From Thermodesulfobacteriota bacterium (GTDB taxonomy: Bacteria > Desulfobacterota_D > UBA1144 > Nemesobacterales > Nemesobacteraceae): a stretch of 64,000 nt of DNA. The notes beneath the pieces are model-generated. The model made no database searches. It was not told the DNA's origin and saw only the letters and a list, made by a program, of their open reading frames with translations. Shown one piece after another: positions 26,073-37,579 of the stretch. Position 1 is the first letter of the stretch. The number at the start of each line of letters is the position of its first letter. Location: the NCBI GenBank assembly GCA_965202785.1, contig OZ241855.1:1312001-1376000 (forward strand). Reading direction: 5' to 3'. The position numbers and the translations under genes are program-made.

Positions 26073-27202
26073 TTATTGAGTTATTACCTTGGTGGCAAAA
26101 AAGCTCCCGACAAATGCGCTTCGGCTCCCATCTGGCTGAGTAAATTGCACCCCTAAGGTCCCCGCGGCAAGACGGTCTGAAAACTTGCCGCCCCAGTTGC
26201 CTTGATTGTCAAGAGTTTCAAAGTTGATTCCAAGCCTCTCATCGCCTATGACGACTACCAAGTTTGTGCCTTGAAACATTCCTTGCTGAATCCGGACAGG
26301 GGAGAACTTGACAGAGGCAAGGCTTAGATTGGTATAAAGTTCGCTTCGGTTTCCATTAGTATCTATCGTGGCCCCGGTAGTTTCCTGGTTCTCAACGCAC
26401 CCGAGGCATCCTTCTATAGTCCTATTTGTAAAATCAACCTTGAGTGCAACTATGCCGGAGAACTCCCCCGTCTCTTTAAGCCCATCTACAAGGCGGGGAT
26501 CCAGAGGCTCCCACGACGGCCCATAAAAAGACGTGTACATACCCGATGCGTAACCTCGGTAGATGACTATGCCGGTTGTCGGCAAATGGGGGGGGGGGTA
26601 TCAGCAAGCTCAGGACCGTGGACGAAAGTTCCAATTTCCGCATTCGTAACTGGTCCCGCGGCAAGGTCTCCATCGAGGCGCATCCAGTAACCGCTTGTAA
26701 AGAAATCTCTCACGTCTTCGTTATGCCAGCTGGCCGTAATATTGCCAATCCAAGTGTGAGATTCCGTAGAATCAAATAACGACCACCTGGTTAAATGGTG
26801 GCGGCGAATCGGCGGAATGGGCAATGGACGTTTGATCAGTGGATCTTTCACTGATTGTTCAGTGGAGTCAAAAACCAGTTGCTTGCCATCTTCGGTGGCA
26901 ACTGTGAGTTTGACGCTGGGATTCCTGACCTCCAAGCGGGTGAAAGGTGTGGAAACATCTAGGACTCCGGCGTCAGAAGATTTAAAGATGCTGGTACCGG
27001 TAAAGCTTGGCTCAGCGGCTACAACTCGTGTAACTGCCATTTCCACAACTTCGTGATGCGCGGTCCGGGCATCATTGAGCGGAGAGAAAGCTGTCTTAAC
27101 TGGATCATTCGGAACGATGTTGCTTATAGTGTTTTTCTCTATTATCTGGCAAGCAGCAACCATAAAAATAACTGTGAGAATGCAGGAAAAGCGCGTAATC
27201 AT
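26073..27202 (-). pseudogene. Surface lipoprotein (transferrin-binding-like beta-barrel style), frameshifted at a poly-C tract
   Basis: Lipobox MITRFSCILTVIFMVAAC. The two overlapping ORFs meet at G11 (26588-26598); C9 or C12 would fuse them. Confidence 0.75.
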
Positions 27203-27550
27203 TTTCACTATACCTCTAACTGAAATAGATATTGCCATCACCGACCCCCGGTCTGTTGATGTGCTCCTTTAACTATATAACAAAATAGGACCAAATGGTA
27301 GGTCTTTACAATGAGAGGCATTTGCGTTGTAACGGGATCCCATTTATCTGATTACCTAGTCGTGTTTTTGCATCTTTTTCCTGTCGTCCTCTGGATGGTC
27401 CAGCCGAAAAAAGGATAAGCGATTCTCTTCCCTTACAGATGGTCCTCACAATAGTGCAGGACAATGAAATGAATCAGGTGTTTTTGCCTTTTAAAGAGGG
27501 GTGAATTAAAATTTCTATATACCCAAATACTAAAAAGGGAATCGTACACC

Positions 27551-28699
27551 ATGCTCGCTTCGTCTCTTACGCAAGAGCAGCGTCTAATTAAAAATCTGGC
27601 CTCGGAGTTTGCCGAAAAAGAAATCAAACCGGTTGCCTCCGAAATTGACAAAACCAGCACTTTTCCCTCAGAAATCGTGGAAAAGCTGTTTGACCTGGGC
27701 TTTATGGGCCATTTCATTGAAGAGCGCTACGGCGGAAGCGGTCTCGATTGCCTCTCATACGTGATAGCCATTGAGGAGATATCCCGGGCCTGCGCTTCAA
27801 CCGGGACGATAGTTATGGCCCATAATTCCCTTGCGTGCGCTCCGATTATTGATTTCGGCACCGAGGAGCAGAAGGAAGAATACCTGCCGCGGATGTGCCG
27901 GGGCGCCATAGGGTGCTTCGCTCTTAGTGAACCCGAGTCGGGCTCGGATGCGGCAGGCATAAAGGCAAGCGCCGTGAAAAAAAGCGGGGTTTACATACTT
28001 AACGGAACGAAAAGCTGGGTTACGAACGGTCGCGAGGCGAAAGTCGCCGTAGTTTTCGCAAAGACCGACAAGACGGAACGAAGCGGTGGGATCACGGCAT
28101 TTATCATTGATCTTGACGCTCCTGGAATCTCTCTTGGAAAGTCGGAGAGCAAGCTCGGAATAAAGGGGACGAGTACCTCGCAGATTGTCTTTGAGAACTG
28201 CGAGGTGCCGGCGAGCCGGGTCCTCGGCAAAGAGGAAGAGGGTTTTAAGGTCGCCATGAAAACGCTTGATGCGGGAAGAATAGGGGTCGCGGCCCAGGCT
28301 GTGGGCATAGCCCAGGCGGTCCTTGACTCCTCGACGCGGTATTCCCGGGAAAGGGAGGCTTTCGGCAAGAAGATCTCGGATTTTCAGGGTATACAGTTCA
28401 TGCTTGCCGACATGGCGACCAGGATCGAGGCCTCGAGGCTGCTTACCTGCAAGGCGGCCTTGATGAAGGATCGCGGAGAAAAATACGCCAAGCACTCCTC
28501 CATGGCCAAGCTCTACGCTTCGGAGACCGCGATGTGGGTGGCGACCAAGGGCATTCAGATACACGGAGGAAACGGATATACGACCGATTATCCGGTGGAA
28601 CGGCATTTCCGCGACGCCAAGATAACGGAGATATATGAAGGAACCTCTGAGATACAGAGGATCGTTATCGCCAGGCAGGTTCTTTCCGAGTCGCTCTAA
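27551..28699 (+). CDS. Acyl-CoA dehydrogenase (short-chain/butyryl-CoA type)
   Basis: [12 protein letters not shown]; [11 protein letters not shown]; IQIHGGNGY; [10 protein letters not shown]. Confidence 0.95.
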   Translation: MLASSLTQEQRLIKNLASEFAEKEIKPVASEIDKTSTFPSEIVEKLFDLGFMGHFIEERYGGSGLDCLSYVIAIEEISRACASTGTIVMAHNSLACAPIIDFGTEEQKEEYLPRMCRGAIGCFALSEPESGSDAAGIKASAVKKSGVYILNGTKSWVTNGREAKVAVVFAKTDKTERSGGITAFIIDLDAPGISLGKSESKLGIKGTSTSQIVFENCEVPASRVLGKEEEGFKVAMKTLDAGRIGVAAQAVGIAQAVLDSSTRYSREREAFGKKISDFQGIQFMLADMATRIEASRLLTCKAALMKDRGEKYAKHSSMAKLYASETAMWVATKGIQIHGGNGYTTDYPVERHFRDAKITEIYEGTSEIQRIVIARQVLSESL

Positions 28700-28729
28700 G
28701 CTGTTATAATTCAGGGTCCATAATCAGTT

Positions 28730-29614
28730 ATGAGTCAGGAGAAAAGCATGTCCGAGTCAAACATAAACACTGTAGGTATCGTGGGGGCTGGCACTATGGG
28801 TTCAGGCATAGCGGAGCTTGTCGCCTCAGCGGGGAAAAACGTCGTTCTTTTGGATATTGAAAAAGATATCGCGGAGGATGCAGTCGCAAAAATAGGAAAA
28901 AGTCTTGGCAGACTGGCGCGAAGAGGCAAAATCGACGAGGAGCAGGTCACCTTGATCGTCTCAAGGCTTCACCCGACCGAAGACTACGGTGATTTCCGCG
29001 ACGCGGACATAGTGATTGAGGCCGCAAGCGAGGATATAGACCTTAAAAAGGCGGTTTTCGCCAAGATCGAGGAGAACACCGGAGAAGACACAATTATCGC
29101 AACTAACACATCGACCCTCTCGGTTACGGAGCTTGCCATGGGTACCTCTAGGCCCGAAAAAGTTGTTGGAATGCACTTTTTTAATCCCGCACCGATAATG
29201 AAGCTGGTTGAAGTGATCAATACTGCCAAAACATCGCCTGAGATCCTTGAGGAGACGATGGAATTCGCGAGGAGTCTTGATAAATATCCGATTATGGCAA
29301 AAGACAGAGCCGGATTCGTTGTAAACAGGATTCTGCTGCCGATGATAAACGAAGCGATTTTCACCCTTGATGAGGGCATTGCCGCGGCGGCAGAGATCGA
29401 TAACGCCATGAAACTCGGAGCAAATCATCCCATAGGGCCGCTTGCGCTTGCGGACCTCATAGGGCTTGACGTCACCCTGAGCGTACTTGACGTTCTCTAC
29501 ACAGAATATGGAGACCAGAAGTTCAGACCCGCTCCGCTTCTTAAGGAAATGGTGAGGGCAGGGAATCTGGGCAGAAAGACAGGAAAAGGCTTTTTTGAAT
29601 ATGGCAGAAAGTAA
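28730..29614 (+). CDS. hbd: 3-hydroxybutyryl/3-hydroxyacyl-CoA dehydrogenase
   Basis: GAGTMGSGIA; TNTSTLS; GMHFFNP; GFVVNR; GANHPIGPL. Confidence 0.92.
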   Translation: MSQEKSMSESNINTVGIVGAGTMGSGIAELVASAGKNVVLLDIEKDIAEDAVAKIGKSLGRLARRGKIDEEQVTLIVSRLHPTEDYGDFRDADIVIEAASEDIDLKKAVFAKIEENTGEDTIIATNTSTLSVTELAMGTSRPEKVVGMHFFNPAPIMKLVEVINTAKTSPEILEETMEFARSLDKYPIMAKDRAGFVVNRILLPMINEAIFTLDEGIAAAAEIDNAMKLGANHPIGPLALADLIGLDVTLSVLDVLYTEYGDQKFRPAPLLKEMVRAGNLGRKTGKGFFEYGRK

Positions 29615-29625
29615 AGGAGGCATAA

Positions 29626-30408
29626 ATGTACAAGGATCTTTTGTTTGAAAGCACTGATGACGGCGTGGGAGTGTTGACGATTAACAAAGAGAGGTCTATG
29701 AATGTCCTCAATGGCGAAACCGTAGGGCAGCTCAAAGACTTTGTGACCGAAAAGCTGCCCGCCGAGAACATTAAGGTGCTGGTTGTGACCGGAGCCGGAG
29801 GAAAGGCTTTTGTGGCCGGGGCCGACGTAAGACAGATGAGTCAGATGACAACGGACGACTTCAAGGATTACTGTGCCCTGGGAAGAGGGGCTTTTGACTA
29901 CCTGGAGCAGGCATCTTTTCCGGTTATAGCCGCGATAAACGGATATGCCTTGGGAGGAGGGCTTGAATTTGCGCTTGCATGCGATATAAGAGTCGCCTCC
30001 GAAAATGCCCGCGTGGGTTTTCCCGAAACCAAGCTCGGTCTCTTTCCCTGCTGGGGAGGAACCCAGAGATCAACCAAACTTATAGGACCCGGAAAGACCA
30101 AGAAACTGATTTTTACCGGGGAGATGGTCACCGCTGCTGAAGCGCTTGCTCTCGGGCTTGTGGATAAGGTTGTAGAACAGGGAGAACTTATGGATGAGGT
30201 TATGAAAATAGCCCAGCAGATCGCGCGCAACAGCCCGCTTGCCGTCAGTTACGCCAAAAAAGCGATAAACCAGGGATCCGAGACAGGGCTTTCCGAAGGA
30301 CTTGCGTACGAGATGGAAACGGGATTTCAGTGTTTTGATTCCTATGACAGGGTTGAGGGGATGAGTGCATTTGTTGAGAAGAGGACAGCTGAGTTCAAAG
30401 GAGAGTAG
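29626..30408 (+). CDS. crt: Enoyl-CoA hydratase (crotonase)
   Basis: AFVAGADV; AINGYALGGGLEFALACDIR; FPETKLG. Confidence 0.9.
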   Translation: MYKDLLFESTDDGVGVLTINKERSMNVLNGETVGQLKDFVTEKLPAENIKVLVVTGAGGKAFVAGADVRQMSQMTTDDFKDYCALGRGAFDYLEQASFPVIAAINGYALGGGLEFALACDIRVASENARVGFPETKLGLFPCWGGTQRSTKLIGPGKTKKLIFTGEMVTAAEALALGLVDKVVEQGELMDEVMKIAQQIARNSPLAVSYAKKAINQGSETGLSEGLAYEMETGFQCFDSYDRVEGMSAFVEKRTAEFKGE

Positions 30409-30410
30409 CA

Positions 30411-31601
30411 ATGGAAAAAGTCGTGCTTTCAGAACCACTTAGAACCGCGATAGGGACATTTGGAGGAACGCTTAAGGATGTTTCCGCGGTCGATCTCGGG
30501 ACGGCGGTCGTCAAGGAGATTATAAGCAGGGCGTCCCTGCCGCCCGAACAGGTGGATGACTGTATAATGGGCAATATACTGGGAGCGGGACAAGGGCAGA
30601 ATCCGGCGAGACAGGTATCGATTAATTCCGGATTAAAAGCTGAGACCCCCGCGATTACCGTTAACAGGGTCTGTGGTTCGGGCCTTCAGTCCGTCGTGAA
30701 TGCCGCCCAGGCCATAAAGTCCGGCGACTGCGGATGCGTTGTGGCGGGAGGGATGGAAAGCATGAGCGTGGCTCCCTTCTATCTTCGGAAAGCCAGATGG
30801 GGATACAAGATGTCAACGCCTTCGGATGAGCTTGTGGACGGAATTCTGTGTGACGGGCTCATGGATGCGTTTAACGATTACCACATGGGCGTTACGGCGG
30901 AGAACCTTGCGGAGAAATATGAAATATCAAGAGAGCGCCAGGACGAGTTCGCTTACTCAAGCCAGATGAAAGCCAAAGCCGCTATGGAGGGCGGGAAATT
31001 CACCTCCCAGATAGTTCCGGTGTCTGTTCCCGGGCGAAGGGGCAGTTCTGTTCAGTTTGACACTGACGAGCATCCGAGGCCGGATGTTACGCTTGAGAAT
31101 ATCTCGAAGTTAAGACCGGTTTTCAAGAAAGACGGTACGGTAACAGCGGCGAACTCCTCGGGCATTAACGACGGAGCCGCCGCCTTGATCGTCACGTCCG
31201 AGAGCAAAGCGGAAAAACTGGGCCTGAATGCGCTTGCGTCGATTAAGTCCTACGCGATTTCCGGTGTTGACCCTGCGATCATGGGGATCGGTCCGGTTCC
31301 CGCAATGCGCATGGCTCTTGATAAAGCCGGACTCGGAATCGACGACATCGATCTGGTTGAACTCAACGAGGCCTTCGCGGCGCAGTCCCTCGCCGTACTG
31401 AGCGATTTTCCCATTGCGGAGGAGAAACTGAACATAAACGGCGGAGCCATAGCGCTCGGGCACCCAGTTGGGGCTACGGGGGCGGTGCTGCTCGTAAAAC
31501 TTCTTCATGAATTTGAAAACGTCCGCCCCGGCGGGTACGGAATGGTTTCTCTGTGCATGGGCGGCGGCATGGGTATAGCAATGATTGTCGAAAAAATGTA
31601 A
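30411..31601 (+). CDS. Acetyl-CoA C-acetyltransferase (thiolase)
   Basis: NRVCGSG; NEAFAAQ; GGAIALGHP; CMGGGMG. Confidence 0.95.
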   Translation: MEKVVLSEPLRTAIGTFGGTLKDVSAVDLGTAVVKEIISRASLPPEQVDDCIMGNILGAGQGQNPARQVSINSGLKAETPAITVNRVCGSGLQSVVNAAQAIKSGDCGCVVAGGMESMSVAPFYLRKARWGYKMSTPSDELVDGILCDGLMDAFNDYHMGVTAENLAEKYEISRERQDEFAYSSQMKAKAAMEGGKFTSQIVPVSVPGRRGSSVQFDTDEHPRPDVTLENISKLRPVFKKDGTVTAANSSGINDGAAALIVTSESKAEKLGLNALASIKSYAISGVDPAIMGIGPVPAMRMALDKAGLGIDDIDLVELNEAFAAQSLAVLSDFPIAEEKLNINGGAIALGHPVGATGAVLLVKLLHEFENVRPGGYGMVSLCMGGGMGIAMIVEKM

Positions 31602-31660
31602 ACTCAGACATAAACGGTGGCTGTCCGAGTGGGCGAATTACCTTAACCAATAGGCCCGAT

Positions 31661-32068
31661 ATGAGCGAAAAAATCAAAATAGAGATCATGGATGACGGTC
31701 CCCTGATTGTAAGCGACCTCGAGTTGCTTGAAGACGGGGAAGGGAACGGGGTTGCGATAAAAAAGAAAACCGCTCTTTGCCGCTGCGGGACCTCTGGAAA
31801 CAAGCCGTTTTGCGATGGTTCGCACAGGGGGGCGGGGTTTAAGAGCAGTCTTCCGTCCGGCGAATCTTCTGCTCCCGCCAAGGAAGGGGATGCCGTTATA
31901 AGGTCGCTTAAAAACGGTCCCTACGAGGTTTGCGGAGATATTGAACTTTGCGTTGAGGATGATTCGGGGCTCTCGGGGGATGATCCTTACTATCTCTGCC
32001 GCTGCGGGGCTTCTGAGAACAAGCCGTTTTGCGACGGTTCACACAAGCGGATCGGTTTCACTGACTAA
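31661..32068 (+). CDS. Double CDGSH iron-sulfur domain protein
   Basis: Two LCRCGxSxNKPFCDGSH motifs; start moved to ATG 31661. Confidence 0.92.
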   Translation: MSEKIKIEIMDDGPLIVSDLELLEDGEGNGVAIKKKTALCRCGTSGNKPFCDGSHRGAGFKSSLPSGESSAPAKEGDAVIRSLKNGPYEVCGDIELCVEDDSGLSGDDPYYLCRCGASENKPFCDGSHKRIGFTD

Positions 32069-32096
32069 TAACCTAAGAACCAGGAGAAGATAAAAA

Positions 32097-32651
32097 ATGG
32101 TCAAGACTCTATCGACGATGATTCCCTTGGGGAGCGAGGCTCCTGACTTCCGGTTGCCGGATGTTGTAAGCGGTAGCGAACTGTCGCTTGGCGATCTCAA
32201 GTCGGATGTTGCAACGGTGCTTATGTTTATATGCAACCACTGTCCTTACGTAAAGCACCTGCAGGGTGGGCTGGTGGAAGTTGCCGATGAGTACATTTCC
32301 AAGGGAGTTTCCTTCATAGCGATAAATTCAAACGATGTTGAGAACTACCCTGATGATTCTCCCGAGAGAATGAAGGAAGTCGCAGAGAAAAAGGGATACT
32401 CGTTTCCCTATCTGTTCGATGAGACGCAGGAAATCGCCAAGGCCTATGACGCCGCCTGCACCCCCGACTTTTTCGTTTATGACCGCGACCTGAAATGCAT
32501 ATACAGGGGACAGTTTGACGACTCGAGACCCGGAAACGGAAAACCGGTTACCGGTAAGGATATGCGTATGGCACTCGATTCCATTATAGCGGGCCAGACA
32601 ATTGAATGGGAGCAGATTCCGAGCATCGGGTGCAACATAAAATGGAAATAG
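32097..32651 (+). CDS. Thioredoxin-family (AhpC/TSA-like) protein
   Basis: FICNHCPYV; ACTPDFF; SIGCNIKW. Confidence 0.92.
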   Translation: MVKTLSTMIPLGSEAPDFRLPDVVSGSELSLGDLKSDVATVLMFICNHCPYVKHLQGGLVEVADEYISKGVSFIAINSNDVENYPDDSPERMKEVAEKKGYSFPYLFDETQEIAKAYDAACTPDFFVYDRDLKCIYRGQFDDSRPGNGKPVTGKDMRMALDSIIAGQTIEWEQIPSIGCNIKWK

Positions 32652-32760
32652 TGCGGTTTTCCCTGCCACGTGGGACCGTCCGGAAGGAAAAAGAGGGCCA
32701 CCCAGTGTCCGCAACTTGGAACTTCATCCTCTTGTTCTGTGGGTGTTTTCGCGCATAACC

Positions 32761-34461
32761 ATGAAATCAAAGACGGACAAAGATGGATCCCCGGAATCCG
32801 AGGATTTCATAAGAGCCAGAATAAGAAGCGATCTTCAGGCTGGTATTGCAAAGCCCGTTACCCGTTTTCCGCCCGAGCCCAACGGCTATCTCCATATAGG
32901 CCATGCGAAATCCATATGTCTTAATTTCGGTATAGCCGAGGAATTCGGCGGAACATGCAACCTGCGTTTTGACGATACCAACCCCTCAAAGGAAGACGTA
33001 AGATATGAAGAGGCTATTAGGGAAGACGTCAAGTGGCTCGGGTTTGACTGGGAAGACAGGACCTATTACGCCTCTGATTATTTCGAGCAGCTCTATGAAT
33101 ACGCCCTGAGGCTGATAAGCGAGGGGAAAGCCTATGTTGACGACCTGAGTGCTGAGGAAATAAGAGAATACCGGGGAACACTTTCGGAACCCGGCAGGGA
33201 GAGTCCTTCAAGGGGAAGATCCGTTGAGGAGAACCTGAAGCTTTTCCAGGCGATGAGAGACGGGGATTTCGACGATGGACAGTACGTGCTCCGGGCGAAA
33301 ATAGACATGGCTTCGGGCAATATGAACATGCGCGACCCGGTCATGTACCGGATAATGAAGAAGTCCCACGCCCGTGCCAGGGATTACTGGTCCATTTATC
33401 CGATGTATGACTGGGCCCACGGGCAGAGCGACTCCATTGAGGGCATAACACATTCGCTCTGCACTCTTGAGTTTGAGGACCACCGGCCTCTTTACGACTG
33501 GTTTATCGCCCAGCTCGGCATATACCATTCCCAGCAGATCGAGTTCGCGAGACTCAACCTCAGCTACACGGTTCTCAGCAAAAGAAATCTCATGAAGCTG
33601 GTTTCCGAGGGATATGTAAGCGGGTGGGACGATCCTAGGATGCCCACGATCTCGGGATTGCGCAGAAGAGGGTACACGCCTGAGTCGATAAGGGATTTCT
33701 GCCGAAAAATAGGTATCACGAAACAGGACAGCGTGATAGACATGGAGCTTCTCGAGCACAGCGTAAGGGAAGATCTTAACAAGAGGGCGCAGAGGGTTAT
33801 GGCGGTGCTTGACCCTCTGAAAGTGGTGATAATTAATTATCCCGAAGATGCAGGAGAGGAGCTCGAAGCGGTAAACAATCCGGAAGATCCCTCCATGGGA
33901 AAAAGAAAGGTTCCTTTTTCAAAAGAGCTTTTCATTGAAAGGGATGACTTCATGGAGGATCCGCCGAAAAAGTTCTACAGGCTCTCACCGGGTTCCGAAG
34001 TGCGCCTGCGCTACGCATACATAGTGAGGTGCGTGGGTTTTGAGCGCGACCCGACGACCGGAGAAGTAACCGAGGTTCACTGTGAATACGACCCAGAGAC
34101 AAGAGGCGGGAGCGCGCCTGACGGGAGGAAGGTAAGAGGCACCATACACTGGGTGTGCGCGAAAAACGCCTCAAGTGTTACCGTAAGGCTCTACGACAGA
34201 CTTTTCACCGTCCCGAACCCAATGGCTGACAAGCAGAGGGAATTCACCGAATTTCTAAATCCCGATTCCCTTAAGACACTTGAGAACTGCGCGGCCGAAC
34301 CGGCTCTTGGGGACTGTTCAGGGGAGACTAACTACCAGTTTGAAAGAAAGGGGTATTTCATCCTTGATTCCGTGGATTCGCAACCTGGCGCGTCCGTTTT
34401 TAACAGAACGGTTTCTCTTAGGGATTCATGGAGCCGCCGCTCGGAGGGCAAAACGGCCTGA
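32761..34461 (+). CDS. glnS: Glutamine--tRNA ligase
   Basis: [19 protein letters not shown]; [12 protein letters not shown]; LSKR; FERKGYF; [11 protein letters not shown]. Confidence 0.97.
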   Translation: MKSKTDKDGSPESEDFIRARIRSDLQAGIAKPVTRFPPEPNGYLHIGHAKSICLNFGIAEEFGGTCNLRFDDTNPSKEDVRYEEAIREDVKWLGFDWEDRTYYASDYFEQLYEYALRLISEGKAYVDDLSAEEIREYRGTLSEPGRESPSRGRSVEENLKLFQAMRDGDFDDGQYVLRAKIDMASGNMNMRDPVMYRIMKKSHARARDYWSIYPMYDWAHGQSDSIEGITHSLCTLEFEDHRPLYDWFIAQLGIYHSQQIEFARLNLSYTVLSKRNLMKLVSEGYVSGWDDPRMPTISGLRRRGYTPESIRDFCRKIGITKQDSVIDMELLEHSVREDLNKRAQRVMAVLDPLKVVIINYPEDAGEELEAVNNPEDPSMGKRKVPFSKELFIERDDFMEDPPKKFYRLSPGSEVRLRYAYIVRCVGFERDPTTGEVTEVHCEYDPETRGGSAPDGRKVRGTIHWVCAKNASSVTVRLYDRLFTVPNPMADKQREFTEFLNPDSLKTLENCAAEPALGDCSGETNYQFERKGYFILDSVDSQPGASVFNRTVSLRDSWSRRSEGKTA

Positions 34462-34491
34462 TTTCGGCTTTCGCGCGGATGGAGAAACGTT

Positions 34492-35268
34492 ATGAGTTGG
34501 GAAATTAAAAGAATTGGTGACGTAGCGGTCGTGCACATGAACTCAAACCCGATGAACGTCATGGGAGAGGGTTTTTTCAGCGATCTTCAAGAGGCTTTCG
34601 CAACGCTTGAGAGCGATCACACGGAAAGCCCCGTGGTACTTACCTCTTCTCAAAGGGCTTTTTCCGCGGGCCTTGATCTTAAGTACCATCTTTCGCTTTT
34701 TAGCGCCGGGGACGAAGAGGAAATCTGGCAGTGGTACAAGCGTTTTTGCGGGGCCTTGCTTCGGGTTTTTACTTATGAAAGACCTGTTGTGGCTGCGGTA
34801 AACGGTCACGCGATAGCAGGTGGGCTTATACTGGCGCTCTGCTGCGATTACAGGGTATGCGTTGATTCAGGAGCAAGATTCGGTCTTAATGAAATCACCA
34901 TAGGTTTTCCTATTCCTTCGGCGATAGCGCAGATCGTGCTTTACGTGCTGGGTACGGCAATCGCGCAGCAGGTGATGACGACAGGTTTTCTTTACGAACC
35001 CCGCGATGCCGTCAGACTCGGCTTTTTCGATGAAAGCCGCGAAGCGGACGAGCTTCTCTCTCACTGCGTTGAGTTCGCGGGACAGTACGGTCCGTCGCTT
35101 ATTCCCGGCTACGCCTTCTCTAAAAGGGCTCTTCGCCGCGAGGTCGTGGCGAATATGGAAGGAACCTGTACCGAGGTTGACAGGGAACTTCCGAAAATTC
35201 TGCGCAGCCCGGGGGTTTTGGAGAGCCTCGGGGCTCTGGTTGAAGCTCTGGGGAAAAAGAAACAATGA
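34492..35268 (+). CDS. Enoyl-CoA hydratase/isomerase family protein
   Basis: FSAGLDL; AVNGHAIAGG; GLNEITIG. Confidence 0.88.
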   Translation: MSWEIKRIGDVAVVHMNSNPMNVMGEGFFSDLQEAFATLESDHTESPVVLTSSQRAFSAGLDLKYHLSLFSAGDEEEIWQWYKRFCGALLRVFTYERPVVAAVNGHAIAGGLILALCCDYRVCVDSGARFGLNEITIGFPIPSAIAQIVLYVLGTAIAQQVMTTGFLYEPRDAVRLGFFDESREADELLSHCVEFAGQYGPSLIPGYAFSKRALRREVVANMEGTCTEVDRELPKILRSPGVLESLGALVEALGKKKQ

Positions 35269-35287
35269 TAATTTTGCAGGAAGAACT

Positions 35288-35776
35288 TTGAAAGAAGTCA
35301 CCGTAAGAAAAGCCACTGGCGAGGATGCGGAGGCGATGGCCCTGATACTGAGAGAGATCGGCTGGTCTGAGAGAAGGAATTCCCTTCCGATTGAAGAAGT
35401 ATCGTCTCCGATTCGGGATCTCATACTTCAAACCGACGGGGATCCGGAAGGACACACAATGTACGTGGCCTGTGATTCCGGGGGAAGAGTCCTCGGGTTC
35501 ACTACCGTGCACTGGGTACCGTTCGTTATGCTCGGAAGCTACGAGGGCTATGTCTCGGACCTGTTCGTAAGTCCTTCGGCAAGTGGAATGGGAGCCGGGA
35601 GCCGCCTTATCGAGGCAGTTATGGAAGAGGGCAAAAAAAGGGATGTTTACCGTCTGATGGTGACCAACGGCAAGGACAAGCCATCGTATTTGCGGGGCTT
35701 TTACAGAAAAAAAGGGTGGACGGAACGGCCTAAGGTCGCTAACTTTACCTACTACTACAAGGAACCTTGGTCATAG
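35288..35776 (+). CDS. GNAT-family N-acetyltransferase
   Basis: VRKATGEDA; LFVSPSASGMGAGSRL; GFYRKKGW. TTG start inferred. Confidence 0.85.
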   Translation: MKEVTVRKATGEDAEAMALILREIGWSERRNSLPIEEVSSPIRDLILQTDGDPEGHTMYVACDSGGRVLGFTTVHWVPFVMLGSYEGYVSDLFVSPSASGMGAGSRLIEAVMEEGKKRDVYRLMVTNGKDKPSYLRGFYRKKGWTERPKVANFTYYYKEPWS

Positions 35777-35825
35777 CCTTACAGGCAGAAGCAATCAAAA
35801 ACCAGGAAACGGATTTTAACTGAAA

Positions 35826-36695
35826 ATGGCGGAAAAACAGGAAGAAGCAATTCTGCTGGTGCACTCCCCGGACCGTCCCGGTCTTGTTAATGCGGTCACC
35901 AACTTTATATTCGAATACGGGGGTAATATCCACGCGCTGCAGCATTGTGTTGACACGAACGACATGGTGACCTTTATCCGGGCCAAGTGGGGGATGGACG
36001 GCTTTACTCTCTCCCGCGAGGAGACGGAGGAAATTTTCCGCGAGAAAGTAGCGAAGAAACTCGACATGAAATTCGAGGTTTTCTTTACGGGAGACATCCC
36101 GCGCATGGCAGTTTTCGTTTCCAAGCTTCCCCACTGCCTTTCGGACATAATTTACAGACTCCGCGCCAGGGAATGGAACGTTGAGATGCCTCTTGTGATA
36201 AGCAATCATCCGGATCTCAGGGATGTGGCAGGCCTTCATGGAGCGGATTTCTACGTGTTCGAGAACGTTCGGAAGAACAAGGAAGAGGTGGAGGCAGAGC
36301 AGCTTGAACTTCTTCGCGCCTACAATGTGGATTTCATAGTGCTTGCAAGGTATATGCAGATTTTTACCGAGAATTTCGTATCGCATTACCCCAACAGAAT
36401 AATGAATATCCATCATTCGTTTCTTCCGGCCTTTCCCGGGGCGCGCCCTTATCACTCCGCGTATGAAAGGGGGGTTAAGGTGGTCGGAGCAACTTGTCAT
36501 TACGTAACCGAGGAACTCGATTCGGGACCCATAATAGAGCAGGATGTCATAAAGGTTAACTATGATGATTCGATAGACGACCTCAAAAGAAAGGGGCAGG
36601 ATCTTGAGAAGTTGGTTCTTTCAAATGCGATCTGGTCCCATATAAACCGGGAAATTTTGATTTACAAAAACAGGACAATCGTATTCAATAAGTAG
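35826..36695 (+). CDS. purU: Formyltetrahydrofolate deformylase
   Basis: N-terminal ACT domain; VLARYMQI; NIHHSFLPAF; GVKVVGATCHYV. Confidence 0.96.
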   Translation: MAEKQEEAILLVHSPDRPGLVNAVTNFIFEYGGNIHALQHCVDTNDMVTFIRAKWGMDGFTLSREETEEIFREKVAKKLDMKFEVFFTGDIPRMAVFVSKLPHCLSDIIYRLRAREWNVEMPLVISNHPDLRDVAGLHGADFYVFENVRKNKEEVEAEQLELLRAYNVDFIVLARYMQIFTENFVSHYPNRIMNIHHSFLPAFPGARPYHSAYERGVKVVGATCHYVTEELDSGPIIEQDVIKVNYDDSIDDLKRKGQDLEKLVLSNAIWSHINREILIYKNRTIVFNK

Positions 36696-36731
36696 GGGAA
36701 GTTTTTGCGATTCCCTACGGGTGGGTGAAAA

Positions 36732-37568
36732 ATGAAGTTCAAAGGCACAAACGATTACATAGCCACAAACGACTTGGCCGTGGCCGTTAACGCGGCCATT
36801 ACGCTTGAGCGTCCGCTTCTTGTTAAGGGCGAACCGGGAACGGGCAAGACCATGCTCGCGTTTGAGGTCGCAAAAGCCCTTGGAAAGTCGCTTATAACCT
36901 GGCACATAAAGTCCACCACAACTGCCCAGCAGGGTCTCTACGAATACGACGCCGTTGCCAGACTTCGCGACTCTCAGCTCGGAGACGAGAGGGTAAACGA
37001 TATCTCAAACTACATAAAGAAAGGAAAGCTCTGGGAGGCTTTCGAGAATCCCGAACAGGTAGTGCTTCTGATTGACGAGATAGACAAGGCGGACATAGAG
37101 TTTCCAAACGACCTTCTTTTGGAGCTCGACAGGATGGAGTTTTACTGCTACGAGCTCAAAAAAACCGTAAAGGCGGTTAAAAGAGTCATAGTGATAATTA
37201 CCTCGAATAACGAAAAGGAACTTCCGGACGCCTTTTTGAGAAGGTGCTTTTTTCACTACATAGCTTTTCCCGACCGAAAGACTCTTGAGAAAATAGTTAA
37301 GGTGCATTACCCCGATCTCGAGCGAAAGCTCATGGATAACGCGCTCACCCTCTTTTATTCCGTAAGGGAAATTGACGGCCTTAAGAAAAAACCCTCCACG
37401 AGCGAACTTATAGACTGGATAAAGCTGCTTGCGGCCGACCGCGTGGCCGCCGGAGAACTCCCCGAAGTGGATATTGAAGAGAACCTCCCGCCTTACTCGG
37501 GTGCGCTTATCAAGAACGAGGCGGACTACGAGATGCTCGAGGCGATCAGGCGAAGATTCAGAAGGTAG
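36732..37568 (+). CDS. MoxR-family AAA+ ATPase
   Basis: GEPGTGKT; LIDEIDKA; ELPDAFLRRC. Confidence 0.93.
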   Translation: MKFKGTNDYIATNDLAVAVNAAITLERPLLVKGEPGTGKTMLAFEVAKALGKSLITWHIKSTTTAQQGLYEYDAVARLRDSQLGDERVNDISNYIKKGKLWEAFENPEQVVLLIDEIDKADIEFPNDLLLELDRMEFYCYELKKTVKAVKRVIVIITSNNEKELPDAFLRRCFFHYIAFPDRKTLEKIVKVHYPDLERKLMDNALTLFYSVREIDGLKKKPSTSELIDWIKLLAADRVAAGELPEVDIEENLPPYSGALIKNEADYEMLEAIRRRFRR

Positions 37569-37579
37569 GGGATAAGTTC

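Noticed and set aside
27797-28606. Long antisense ORFs (e.g. 269 aa here, 220 aa at 28961-29623, 202 aa at 61465-62073)
   Set aside because: They lie fully opposite well-conserved genes and have no recognisable motifs.
27551-31601. Acyl-CoA operon as sterol side-chain beta-oxidation
   Set aside because: The enzymes look like ordinary short-chain butyryl-CoA pathway proteins. There are no heteromeric FadE, Ltp2, MaoC-type hydratase or CoA ligase genes, and I saw no island motif upstream.
31661-32068. CDGSH protein as electron donor for the P450s or Rieske enzyme
   Set aside because: It sits in a housekeeping operon outside the island, and nothing links it to those enzymes.
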